A stretch of DNA of 63,777 bases, filler included, from Atractiella rhizophila (Eukaryota), in assembly GCA_021432655.1 (NCBI GenBank). It is 7 parts of 7 records of this genome, joined end to end, with 100 filler letters (N's around TTAATTAATTAA, not from the genome) between each part and the next. Parts side by side here need not be neighbours in the genome. Positions count along the whole stretch, not along the records: positions 38,509 to 45,549 come from MU272039.1; positions 45,650 to 56,995 come from MU272040.1; 5 more parts are not named here. One strand, written 5' to 3'. Position 1 is the stretch's first letter, and the number at the start of each line of letters is the position of its first letter. Shown here piece after piece: positions 38,990-50,901 of this stretch. The notes under the pieces were generated by a model. The model was not told where the DNA came from and ran no database searches. It was given only the letters and a program-made list of their open reading frames with translations. A program made the position numbers and the translations under genes.

Positions 38990-40345
38990 CGAGGCGGTAT
39001 CGAGATTTGAGGTCGAAGGTTGGTATAAATGAAGTTTGTGAAAGCAAGACCGAAGGCAAGATAAGGATGATAGGAGAGGACGAAGAAAGCAAATCCAAGG
39101 TCAGAATTTGTTCAAGCTGTATGTGGGTAATGGGTGAATGAGCAAATCAAATAGCGAACCGAAAAGTTTGAAAAATCCGGAAGAAATCCAATCCAAGCAA
39201 AGAAGGAATCTGTTTGATATATCAAGTTGTAGATAAATAGGGTTTGCTCTGGGTATTATTTGATTGTTGGGGAGTGTGCACTGCAATTGCAAACGTTTTC
39301 GAGGATATTAGAGTTGAAAACCAAGAAAGGAAGGACTTCTTTGAAGACCAATATTTATTTGAAAATCGAAGGTTATTTTCTTTTTAATCGAATAAAAAGG
39401 AAGAGGTATGGACGGCAACTAAGAGGGAATAACCGTACCGATTATTGTGATAAAAGAGTTTTTTCGAAATCCAACTTCGAATTGGTCGGTCGAGTCTTCA
39501 AGAGAAGCTACTGACAGGAGCCTAGAGAAGTTCGAAGGAAAGGAATAAGGATATATCCAACCAACTAAGGAAGGAATGTGGGGTAGGAAGGAGTGATAAA
39601 CCCAAAGGGCAGCCGACACCTTTTGATGAAGATGAAGGAAGAAATCCACACCTCAATCAATTATTGAAGGATTCAAGAATCAAATCCTCTAATCTTTTAA
39701 CGTCACGTCAACTGAAGAAACCTCTTCAACAACCGAACGTCGAAATGTCGAAAAAAAATCGAACAATCGAATGGAGGTAGAGCAGGAGGGAGGTCGGCGA
39801 AGACGTGGACGAGTTTTTCTATGGTCGGAAGTGCGTGGCAAGTAAGGGAAGAGAGGCCGAAAGTGACAATGTGCGCGGTTCGGGTTAGCGTGTCCCAAAC
39901 AGTCAGACCATGCGCCAAAAGAAAATCATCAGCCGTCGCTCCGCCACTCAAAATTCCTCAGAAAAACGCCTCCAGAGTCGCAAATGACCCAGCCGGCGTT
40001 CAGATAGGGTAAGGAAAGGATGCTCACCTACGAGAAACTCGAAAAAGCAGCGAGAAAAAACAAAGAAAAGAAGAAGTCGACGTGCTGGTCGTTCCGTGAG
40101 GTTCAAAAGAAGGATAATGTCCCTAACCCTATCACCGTTTCAGTCGGTTCTGCGATCGCCTTCCACTTCTATCGACAAAATCCTCATTTTCGGGTCTTTT
40201 GTCCTATTTTCCAGTTCGTCCTAAGTTCATCCCAGTCGACATATCAATCTTCGCCGACCTTTGTTCTGCATCTGCATCTGCATTCGCATCTGAAGGAGCC
40301 TGAGAGCATCTGATTGTGGCTGAAAGGAGCAGAGGAATTCGAACA

Positions 40346-41593
40346 ATGTTCGTCCTCTCCACAATCAAAGTTGGTGCTCCTATTTCCCCTTCCCTTTTTC
40401 TAGTCATTTCTAGCTTTCAGATGGTCAGACAAAGGCTGAATTGTTTCATGTTTGGACAGGACACAATCAAGATCCTTCCACATGATTTCGACGTCGACGT
40501 TCCCGTGGCATTGATGAGAGCCATTGGGAAGAAGTATCAGAATAAAGTAATGCTTCTTCTATCTCTTCCAGAAGAAATGATTTACTAAAATGAATGTAGG
40601 TGCTTCCAGGAGTTGGACTGGTTATTGCTCCACACACAATCCTCAGCACAACAGAAGGAATAGTGTATTATGGCGATGGATGCTTGTACTATAAAGGTCT
40701 GTCTTTTGTTGCTTTTGTCGTTATGTTATATTCCTTGGATTCATCACTTTCCTGTAGCATCAAAGACCTGACATTTTGCCTTTTGTGGATAGTGAAGTTC
40801 ACGCTTGCCATTTTCCAGCCTTTCGAAGGCGAGACCTTGGTCGCAAACGTCCAATCTTCGTCAACAAAGGGCATCCGATGTACGAAATGACGTTCTCCCT
40901 ACCCCTACTATTAATCAGCATGGGCGGCAGTGACATGTACATTCTTCAACGACATTTACATCCCATCTTCCTCTTTCCCACCACACTCCGCATAGTCCGT
41001 TTCCTTCCTATTGTGCTCTATCAAGGGATTCACGCGCCGGTTGGGAACAGTGATCCTGATCTCGGACTCCATTTTTGGGCTCCGTCAGCAGAAGAAGGCG
41101 ATCGAGATCCCCTGAGCACAGATCCCAGCGAGAGGCTCTACTTGGACAAAGGTCAGTCCTCGATCTTTTGTTCATCTTTCGAACCTAGCCCTTACTGTTG
41201 GGCTGCTGGATGCGATGGAATGTTGGCGTAGGCGACGCCATCCGCTTTCGCGTCTCTACCGTGGAATACGACGAATCTGCTGTCGTTGGAAACTTGCCAG
41301 AAGCAGAGTTGGAGAAGAGGGGAAAGGCGGTGATGAAAGTTTTCGTAAGTTTCTCTCTGCTCCTTTTCTCCTCCATCTTCGTCCTACGTTCCCTCCCCTA
41401 GTCCTCGCTCGAACTCTCTTCGTCAATCATTTTCCTATGCCTTATGGTGACAGGAAGATGCGACTTGGAAAGGACGACTGATATGCTCAAAGAACCTTGA
41501 AACTGATCTTGAGTATGGGGACAGGGAACTATTGCTGATCAAGGACTGGGGAATTTAGAGTGGTGGGTAAACGTAGAGGCAATGGAAGAGTGA
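40346..41593 (+). CDS. RPC25: RNA polymerase III subunit C25 (RPC8/POLR3H)
   Basis: MFVLSTIK/DTIKILPHDF...KYQNK/VLPGVGL...GDG/VKFTLAIFQPFEGE...SSTKGIR/..FFNDIYIP/.../IRFRV/GTIADQGLGNLEWW. Confidence 0.92.
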
Positions 41594-41837
41594 TGTTGCC
41601 TCTTCATTTTCTTCTCGTCCAAAATGTAGTAATAGTACGCATTTTTGTCACGTTAAACTATTTTCTACGTACACGATGCAAACCTACTAGTCATACAAAA
41701 GAAAAAGGCTTAGAATCCAGAAAGGATATCATGAAGTTCACTCCTAACATTTGAAGCATCACATTTTGTACCACGTAACATCTACAAATGACCTCGACAG
41801 ATCACAACATGCACGAATATACATCACTTAAACCTAA

Positions 41838-44566
41838 TCAGCTTTCCCTTTTCGGATCCCAAAAGTCGCAATTTCTCAACGTGGGTGCTATGTTTCGTCA
41901 GTACCTTTCGGCAGAGCAGCTGTGAGAGGGACGAACGAATGTACTCGAGTCCCATTTTCTCAAATATCTCCTCTTCGCTATTCACTAATATCTCTTTACT
42001 GTCTGATCTTCTGTACAAGCCACCTGAATCGAATTTCATGTTTCTGCAGGGCAATCGTCAATGAAAACTATAGTATGATTGCAGACCGCACTTCTTTTTT
42101 CCCCAGAGCCTTAAATCGCGCTCGAACATTGTACTTCCCGTCCACCCAAGCACTGAGCAGCCCCTTAAGTCAACCGATGGACACTCAACACATGCCAGAG
42201 GAGACGAACCTCCGGTCCAGAAATACTTGATGGGACAAATAATGAAGTCTACTCTTCTCCGCACTCCAGTCCTTCCGCTCCACTTGCTCCCCTGCACCAT
42301 TGCCGGGAAAGGCTGCCGAAGGACTGTGTAAGCTTTGTCAAATGGGTCTACCCCCGATGCATGGTAATGCCGCGCGTCTATGGGGACGTTTGGAGTCCGT
42401 TTCACAGAGGTAAAGAGTTTCTTTCCAGCAATCCTTTCCACGATGAGCCTTTGTCAGCGATGCGAGATTCATGGAATGAGAGATGCGCACCGTTTCGGTG
42501 TAAAGTGTCCAGAATTTTTTTCAGTAAACCCCTTCTCCTCTCCTAGTTTTGGAACGGTGACGAGAATATCGATATCCTGAGAAGTGGGCTGACCCCGCCG
42601 ATAGCTTCCTGCGACAATCCATGCGGCTTCAGGTGCAACCGATTTGTATGTTCGCCTATGATTTCGACAAAGCGTTCAATTTCAACTCTCAGCATCCTAC
42701 TCAACTTCAACGTGCCGTTTTCGCGGTAGAAGAGAATACAAACGGAACCTCGTTCTCTTCCAAGAATTCAATGCTGAATCCTCCTTTTGCACTCACGTCC
42801 TCGATGGTCCGGCATCCCTTCGCATATAACTCTTTTGCTTTTCCGGGTCCTATGCCGTGCACTTTGACAAATTGCGACAAAGCTTGAAAGCGGGTTGATT
42901 GTCTAATTCTCTCTGGATCGGTCGTCAGTGTCTTGTCGTTTGTGAGAAACGGGCCATACCAGCTTCAGCAATAGTACCGCTCTCTATCCACTCCTTCACT
43001 AGAGCTCCGATTTTACCCCCTATCCCACTGACACCATCTACATCCTTCATAATCTTGATGGGAAAGTCCAGGAATTTCAGGGCAGATATGGCACGGGAAT
43101 AGGCGAGAGCAGACGTCTCCTCTCCTTCTCATCCCCAATCAAACCCAGTTCGAGCTCAGAAAGAAAGATGGATGCACAAACCTTCAAGCCATCGGCGCTT
43201 CCGAATCACGCTGAGTAGAGAAAGAAGAGGTATGTTTTCCGATGGGGGAAGTAAAGGAGTTGGTCGTCGGCAGGAGAGGACAGGGAAAGGTTTTCCTCTC
43301 TCCCACCTCAGCCTCGGCTGCACCTCCTCTTTCAGTGAAGAGGAAGCGAGGTTCTTGCGCTTTATCACTTGTCCAATGGCAATGGAAGATGCTTCAGATT
43401 TAAACCGATCGACTGTAGGGCGAGGAGGCTTCCGTTCTCCATCTAAACGACGCGTCTGAGCTGCTAGCTGCGTTAGAAACCTGCACGTACCAGATCCACC
43501 ATCGATTCCAGACCCGTCTGTTCCTGATCCATCAGTCAAGGCAGAAAGTAACGTGTGCTGAGGTGAGGCAATGAGGTAGTCTTGAATGTTTGGCAACGCG
43601 TTCTCGGAAGACTCGAAAGCGTCCAGTAGCCAACGATCTGACACGACAATCTTCTTTCCTTGCTAGATCCAATATTTGTGTGAGGTCACAGAACGAATGG
43701 CAGAAATTCGGACAATTGTATTTCATATCCCTTGGTAGCAGAACGAAGTTCAAGAAATGCATCTAATCCGTATTGAAACAAATAACCTATGTATTGATAC
43801 TTTCCACTCAAAGTCAAAAAAAGCCAATGCCATAGCGTGGTTCTTGGTCTTTGCGAACCCAGTTAGAAATAGAGTCAGGCTGACTGAAATAAATACTCAT
43901 TTCACATATTAATATGTAAATTTCCATCAACAAACCGAGGGACATGTTCAAATACTTTTTGTGCTGATCAGTGTCGAAATTGATTTGGTTGTGCAGCGTG
44001 CAGGCTGACAAGCAGCAGTTATGTCTGGTGTTGGTAGCTCCAAATTCTCGTAGCAATAAAGAACATCATTCATCTGCTCTACTAGCATTGAGCTCTGCAA
44101 AATACCATAGAGGAGTATGAAGCCAGGTTCAAGGAAGCCATCAAGTCGATGACGTAAATGGTTCACTCACTCATGAACTTACAGAAAGTGCAATCCACAG
44201 CAAAAGCGCCTTCGAGTGCCAGAGTAATCCAAGTGGTCTTACCCACATAAAAGCAACATAATCCTACATATCCCAAATCTCCAAGCAAGTGAACGAATCT
44301 GTCCCACTCACCTCCAGACTCCTAGCGATGCGTTTCAAGCTTCTCAAACGCGTAACAACAACCTCAGCCCCTTCCACGCTACTCAACACTCTCCCTCCCA
44401 TCGCCTCCCATCCTGAAATATAGCCTTCGATCTCTTCAGGCAGGAGTTTGGAGTCGATGATGTAAATCGTCGGTAACAAGACGCCAGGGTGGGACAGGCG
44501 CTTTCTTGGTGGATTCAACGTAGATGTGGAGGAGCTCGAGGGTGAAGGGCGCCGTTTCCTCGACAT
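41838..44566 (-). CDS. Family X DNA polymerase, Pol mu/TdT-like, with N-terminal BRCT domain
   Basis: BRCT (AEVVVTRL.../IVVSDRWLLD), LSCRRPTPL, GIGGKI, VHGIGP, AGSYRRGQPTSQDIDIL (DxD), RRVDFI, LGWTGSTMFERDLR (GW of the mu/TdT clade), EEEIFEKMGLEYI/PPTLRN. Confidence 0.92.
43699..44290. mobile_element. Putative 592-bp insertion in Pol X intron 1, flanked by 8-bp direct repeat GAACGAAT
   Basis: GAACGAAT at 43691-43698 and 44291-44298; excision restores a 49-nt canonical intron; no convincing TIR or ORF. Confidence 0.55.
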
Positions 44567-44828
44567 TGTGGAGGTCCCTTCGTGGTTCTAGCTGTGAGCG
44601 TTGGGTGCGTGGGTCCATAATTCAGCAATTGATGTCATGTGGCCTCGTCAGCTTTACTTATTACGTAAAAGTCACAAGATTGGTATCCATCTTTCCTCAA
44701 GCCTTTCGCGCTGTTATCTGCCTACCATTCTTCAACAAGTCTGTTAAGAAATATATATACGCAGGAGTGCAGTAAGCATCATTACAAAAAATATAACAAG
44801 GAATACATGAAAATTGTAAGAAAATAAT

Positions 44829-44918
44829 GTCGAAGTGTCCGAGTGGTTAAGGAGCTTGACTCGAATCAATCGAAATCAAGTAGCATCTGCTGCGCAAGTT
44901 CGAATCTTGTCTTCGACG
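44829..44918 (+). tRNA. tRNA-Ser(CGA) with 9-nt intron (44866-44874)
   Basis: Acceptor GTCGAAG/CTTCGAC with discriminator G; D-arm TCC GAGTGGTTAA GGA; anticodon stem CTTGA/TCAAG with CT-CGA-A; long variable arm AGC-ATCT-GCT; T-arm GCAAG TTCGAAT CTTGT; T-rich Pol III terminator follows. Confidence 0.92.
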
Positions 44919-45549
44919 CTTTATTTTTCTTTCTGGAGTTGTCATCCTTGTTTCCTCTTCGAGTTTAGGAGCAATTCTCATCAATTTTTTGTACTAATTC
45001 TGGTTACGTTCACCTCTATAGACAGCTACAAACATCCCTGCCACATAAGGCTCCGTTGTATACTCAATTCTGCAGATGATCTTCCTTTCTGCGTTCCCCG
45101 TGGGTCTTCTTGTTGCTCAAAGGTTTCTTGAGCACTGAGAAATATAAGTTTGAATATTCAAGATTCAAGGGAGGGTTCACGATACCCCCAAACTAAACTA
45201 ATTTGGTCCCAGCTTTGCAATACACCACAACAGACAAGGGTAGGGCAAAACCTTAATTTCCGCCTTCTATGCGTTAAAGTTTGGAGGGACAGAGGGACAG
45301 TCAGAGGGACATTTAGCGCCAAAAATTTTTGAAAAATTTTTATATCCGTGAGTTCCGGTAAACTCCACCCATCTGTGAAAGGTTGAAAAGTGCGCCGTAC
45401 TCCTGAGCCATATCACCTCAGCTGCCTGAATGCATTTTATGTCACTGCTCAAATCAAAGTAGGAATGGGAGCAAACATACCATTGAGTTTGGCAGCTTTC
45501 TTTGCCCAAGCCTTAACCACATCATCACCCTTCTTCACCTCTAACAGCA

Positions 45550-45649
45550 NNNNNNNNNNNNNNNNNNNNNNNNNNNNNNNNNNNNNNNNNNNNTTAATTA
45601 ATTAANNNNNNNNNNNNNNNNNNNNNNNNNNNNNNNNNNNNNNNNNNNN
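45550..45649. other. Artificial contig spacer
   Basis: TTAATTAATTAA at 45594-45605 within N. Confidence 0.97.
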
Positions 45650-48046
45650 GAGGAGCTGCTTGAAGGATTGATGAGAATCTGGCCAGATGAAAGGATGAAC
45701 GCTAAAGACACATTGAAGCTGAAGCTGAAGCTTGAACATGGTCTTGATGGCGCAATGTTTGTTTGTACTTGACCAGCTTGGTCAAAATGCATACCAGAAT
45801 CTTTCTTGAAGCTGTCTCCACAACTAGTATATTCCATCTCGAACAAGGGTCAATATGCCCAATTTTTGATCAAAGTTCGAGTCTCCATCGCTTAGACCGC
45901 TGACCATCGAGAGGAAAGGAAGGAGAGAGAATCGAAAGGAAAGGATGATTTATGCTCAACAACTTGAAGGACGCATATTTCCGAGTACGACATCGAGCTT
46001 CTCTAAGTTTGCTCGTTCAGTGGTGAGATGTCCCGGCTCAAATCAGAGTTGAACGCAGTGCAGAGTTATGATTGGAAGAAGGTATATTTCTGTGTCCCTC
46101 CTCCTTCAGTTGTAAAGAATACCAACACGCGGACACTTCTCTCAATATTACTACCACAGCTTCCTAGACCCTGTTCCTTCCTTTCTTTGGAATTCTTGTG
46201 ACATTACTGGTTCAATACCTGTACAGTGCGTGCTTTCTGCCGTATCATCAAGTACGATCACTGAAAACACTGTTAAGCTACACGGCATACTTCAACATTG
46301 TCTTGTTTGGGTACGGAAACTGCGAGACAGATATTAGCACCGCAATATCCAGCGGACATGCGAAAGCCAGGACAGCAGGTGTCCAATATTGTGGAAGAAA
46401 AGCGGTGGAGAAGAGGCGGTATTGTGGCTGACGGAACTACTGGAAGCGTGAAAGCAAAGCTATTGCCAACAGGTAATCGGGAGCTTCCAGGTTCGAATGC
46501 TTCTCTGTTGATCATGAACCCCCGCTGATTATAACTATAACCGTGTTGTAGCCGAGGCAAAGGGATAGAGCCTGGGAATAGGGTATGGAGAGCGGAAGTG
46601 TTTGAAGGGCTGGAAAGAGGGAAGGACAGTTGGGGAAGTAATCTTTGGGGTAAGGCACTAATGGAGGCACGGGAGCGAATAAAAAAGGAAGAGGAGCGAT
46701 TGATGCTGTAATGTCACAGGATTTTTCGATGGTGTGTCCACAACTCCTAGTATGTTGGAAGAGCGTTCCGCGTACCCGACCACGTGACACAACTTGTTTT
46801 GAACTTTACGAGTGATCGAGTGATCCTCTTCTCTTTACATCCCTTCCTCCCAATCGAAGTCAGCAATAACTTGGGCTGGTTGACTACGTATGCAGTAAAT
46901 GGCGCCGTTCTGCAGGGCGAAAGAGTGTGAATGCCTCCTAGTCGCCCTGCGGTTGCTCCTTCGGATATACCAAAGAACGTCGCCGTTCCCTCCCCTTCCA
47001 TCGCCCTCGCGGCGTTACCTCATCAGGGGTCGTCCATCAGTTTGTCTTTTTGAGGCTCCCCGGGCATACTTCTCGTTCTGGGTTGAATGCGAGAACGTTC
47101 ATATGGATTGCTATGATGGGATTTAGCGTCGTCAAGGGATTGCCTCCTTCTGAGCATGTATATCTTTCCATCCTTTACTTTATATTCCTATTTTATTCAC
47201 CACAAGTTGAGCATCCCGCTGAGTTTGCAGAGTCCGATGGACGTTTATCACAATCGTTCACCCTCAGACTCAGAATAAGGGAAGCAGCGGTTGGTGCGAC
47301 GAAAGAGTGTAGGGAACGAATAACACGTTGCGGGACGAATACACGTCAAGTTGGTTAGCCTAAGTGGCCAGGCTTCAAGATACATGACACTTCCTCATCA
47401 TGGGGAACTGAGTCCTAAGGACCGTATCACTCACTGTTATTTCCTGTGTATTGTCTTGACTGGTCGCAAAGTGTTGCGTCCTGGGATAGCATGTGAAAAT
47501 GCTTGCTGAATCCTCTACCATGGGGTGGAAGGTGCCGTGAAAGTTTTCATGCTCTGTATTCTTTCATGGAATAAAGAGAGTGAGTGTATGGGGTGTTTTC
47601 CCACTATGCATGCGAGTCAAGGGGTTGCGCTTGAGATGCGAGCATGTTCTTGGCTCGATTGAACACAGCAGAAGAAAGAACGCTCCACCGAAACGGGGAG
47701 AAGGAGACGTACTGAAGATTGTTCCCAGAGTTGCTTTCATTGTTCTTGTGCCTGGGACCAACTATCGGCTGAGCCGAACTCGGCGATAGAGTGCTTCGAA
47801 GTGGAGGTGGTCGATTCTTTATCCTCAGTCAATAGGTGGGTTTCTCATCCGAATTCTTCATCGTGCCCGAATCCTTCATCGTGCGCTTCATGTGGTGCCT
47901 GAAAGTCTAAGAGCATCATGCCAGAGGTTCCAGATCATCATTCATTCACACACAAGTTTTAAGGAGCGCGCCTCTCCACTCAGCTGAAGCGCAGAAGCGC
48001 CGAAGCGTTTGACCTATCTAGCAATCATCCAGTGACAAAAGGAGAC

Positions 48047-49631
48047 ATGTCACCCTCCTCTTCTGAAACGGGTCCCGACCTTACTTTGGAAGACCAGCTT
48101 GCGCTGGCTCTCCAACGCGCATCTCTGGAGGAAGCACTTTCTGCTAACCGTACTTATCTGACTGGTTCGCACTCTCGCTTCATGATGCCAAGTGGACTGA
48201 ACTGAGCAACAGCTTGCTTTGCAATCTACTGTTGGGACTTCGTTCTCACTTTTCCAAACGAATACACAACCATGTGGAAGGCTCAGCGTTGGACTCCAGT
48301 CCGATTCGCGTTCTTCTTCAACCGGTACGTCTTTCTCCAACTTCTCTCCGCACATCGTAGACTCAAGCGAGAAACGTAAAGATACTGGAGCCTTCTCAGT
48401 GTTGTCTTGACGATGTGTTTTGCGTGGTTGGAATTCGCCCCGAAAACGTGCGACAGGGTTCAGGTTCTTGTACCTGTGGCTGGCATCTTTGTCTTTCGTG
48501 CATTTTCCCCCTCTATACAAGTTCACAAATTGACCCATGTGATATGGTGCAGTGGGCTGCGAGTTCCTCTTCGGCGCAAGAGTGTGGGTAATGTGGAATC
48601 GACGTACATGGATTGCTTACTTCTTCGGAATTCTTGCCCTTGCTGGTGCGACTGTTCAGGTCTGGGCAGTTACTCACAACATGGCCCTACGCTTGTGCGT
48701 CTTTCAAGTTAGAGGAGACAATGACTGATGAGTGTCATAGGCCGCCTGGTCTAAGGGGCTGTCTCTCTGTTAGAGCAGATCAGAAGTGATTCATCCTCAA
48801 GCCAGTATGAACAAGCTGACATTTCGAAAAGTAATCAATGGGCCTTTTGGTTTGTATTTCCGCTGAAAAGGGGATTAGATTGTTGATGGAAAGCATAGGC
48901 TCCCGCTTCTCCTTTACGACACAACAGCAACGATATTCATGCTCAAGTGTGTCATCTCATTCTTCGGCTGACTAGTTGTTAAGCCTTTACAAGACCCGTC
49001 CTCGCTCACTGCGGCACTACTCCTCCATCGCGCCTCCTCTCAATCTTCTTGCGTGATGGCGTCCTCTATTTCATTATCGTATTTGCCTGCAACCTGATTA
49101 ATCTGATTTATTTCTGGTTCGTATTCCTCTTCACATCTTTGGGTCCAAATTGCTCTCTAAACGGCTTTAGGGAACAGTATTCCCTCGGTGCTCATCCCAG
49201 GCTTAAACTCATCGCTTGCCATATTATTCACGACAATGATGGCCTCTCGCATCGTACTCCACCTTCGGTCTGTTGCAAACTCACCAGGCGGTAGCAACGC
49301 CAGTGCCACGCATGGGCAGAGTAATACAAGCCCTAAGTTTCGGAATCTTTTCAAGTCTGATGTTGCTGAACTGCCGGACGCGCCTCTTCGCAGTGGAGTG
49401 AGGCGAATAGATGGAGGGATGGAAGCTGCTTATGCGGATGTGATAGTTACTGTTGAGGCAGATACGAACATGGAAAAAAGGTCAGCTGCAGATCATTCAT
49501 CGTGTTGGCGAAGGGTTGATCAGCAGATAGACTTGAAGCCGCAGCAGATGCGGAAGACGAAGAAATGGAGCATAGTGTGTCAAAAACGGTGTTACAGTAA
49601 AGAAGAAGTAAACAGCACGCTTTCAACATAA
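48047..49631 (+). CDS. DUF6533-type 7TM membrane protein, copy C
   Basis: In-frame splice path traced: MSPSSSE...ANRTYLT/ACFAIYCWDFVLTFPNEY.../YWSLL..KTCDR/CEFLFGARVWVMWN/PGLRGCLS/NQWAFW/LLYDTTAT/FLRDGVLYF/MMASRIVLHLR. Confidence 0.88.
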
Positions 49632-50901
49632 GGAATATGCCATCTGTGCCTTTTGTTATAGGTCCATTTGAACACACAACTTGATACCAACAGACCGATG
49701 TAAAGGGACGTTGATGAATGCTTGAACTGCACATAATTTTCCTCTAGGTCGACGGCCGATAAAAGCTCAATCACAACAGACTTCATGCCAAGATCACGAC
49801 AGGGCTGCGAAGATCCCACCTTGGATTCAAGAGGGTGGTCAGATTGTGGGTTAACCATTACTGTTAACAGACATGCTTTCATCACTGTGCGAAAGCGGAG
49901 AGCACTGAAAGGAGGGCTAGAGAACCAGGAGTGTCACATACCCTGGCGATAAAGGATGCTCCGACAACTACTTCCTCTCGTGGGTTATCTTGTATTGGTT
50001 TCGCCGTGTGCTTCTCTTCCTGTACTTGAAAAACATTCATATGTTGCTGGATAAATCTCTATGGGAACTGATTCCCCTGTCTTCTTGCTTCATGAGCAAC
50101 TGTGGACATTTGTGTCACGTGTTCGTTTTTACTGAAGGAACTTCATCATCAGTCCTATTTAGTGTTCGAGCTGGATTTTAGAGAGACCGCAAAGAAGTGC
50201 AAGGGACTAGAGTCCTCAATTAGGGCTAGGGGCTTCACATTAGTCTCACATCCACCCTCCTTTGATTGTAGGCGTGGATTGGGAAGATAAAGATAACATG
50301 AAGTGTTAGGCATCACTGTCTCATTGACATGTTGCTACTAGCACGACGAAGGTTTCCGAGTCGCTCAACTGATACTACAAGGGATGTAGGATGTGCTGCT
50401 TCTGCTTCCTGTGATGACGTATGAAACGCTGTTTGATTACGTATTGTGTCCTATTAAGTGGCAACGTGACGCTTGTTTGCAGGATCTGTCCTCTCTTCAG
50501 GATGGCAAGAGAATTGAAATGAGGGGAGCAAGTTCGCGGCGGTCATGTCCCGTGAAGTCTGCCGTTGTTTCCTGGCTTCTTCTCCTCTAGGATTCGAGGC
50601 ATATTCAAAGATTCGTCTGAATGAGCCGAGGGAGGCTCCGAAGTCAACATCCTTCGTTCCTTCTATCTGAGCTTTCCTGAGTTTTGTTGAGCGCAAGTCT
50701 CAATCTCAACGTGGTGGGTCTCCTTCTGAGCCCCTCCTGCGGCAGTCATTCTATGCGTTTGTGCAAGCCGAAGAGTTCATCAGAGCTTCCTTCCGTAAGG
50801 ACGTCAAGATCAGTTGTATGCTCACTCTACACTTATAAAAGAGTCTGTTTGCCTCCAAGCTGAGCACTTCTTCGCAGGTTTCCTGGCACAAAGGGCACGT
50901 C

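Noticed and set aside
40265..40292. (TCTGCA)n short tandem repeat upstream of RPC25
   Set aside because: Only 3-4 units; an ordinary microsatellite.
45650..47800. Scattered short ORFs before 7TM copy C
   Set aside because: No domain or consistent exon chain found; treated as intergenic or decayed DNA.
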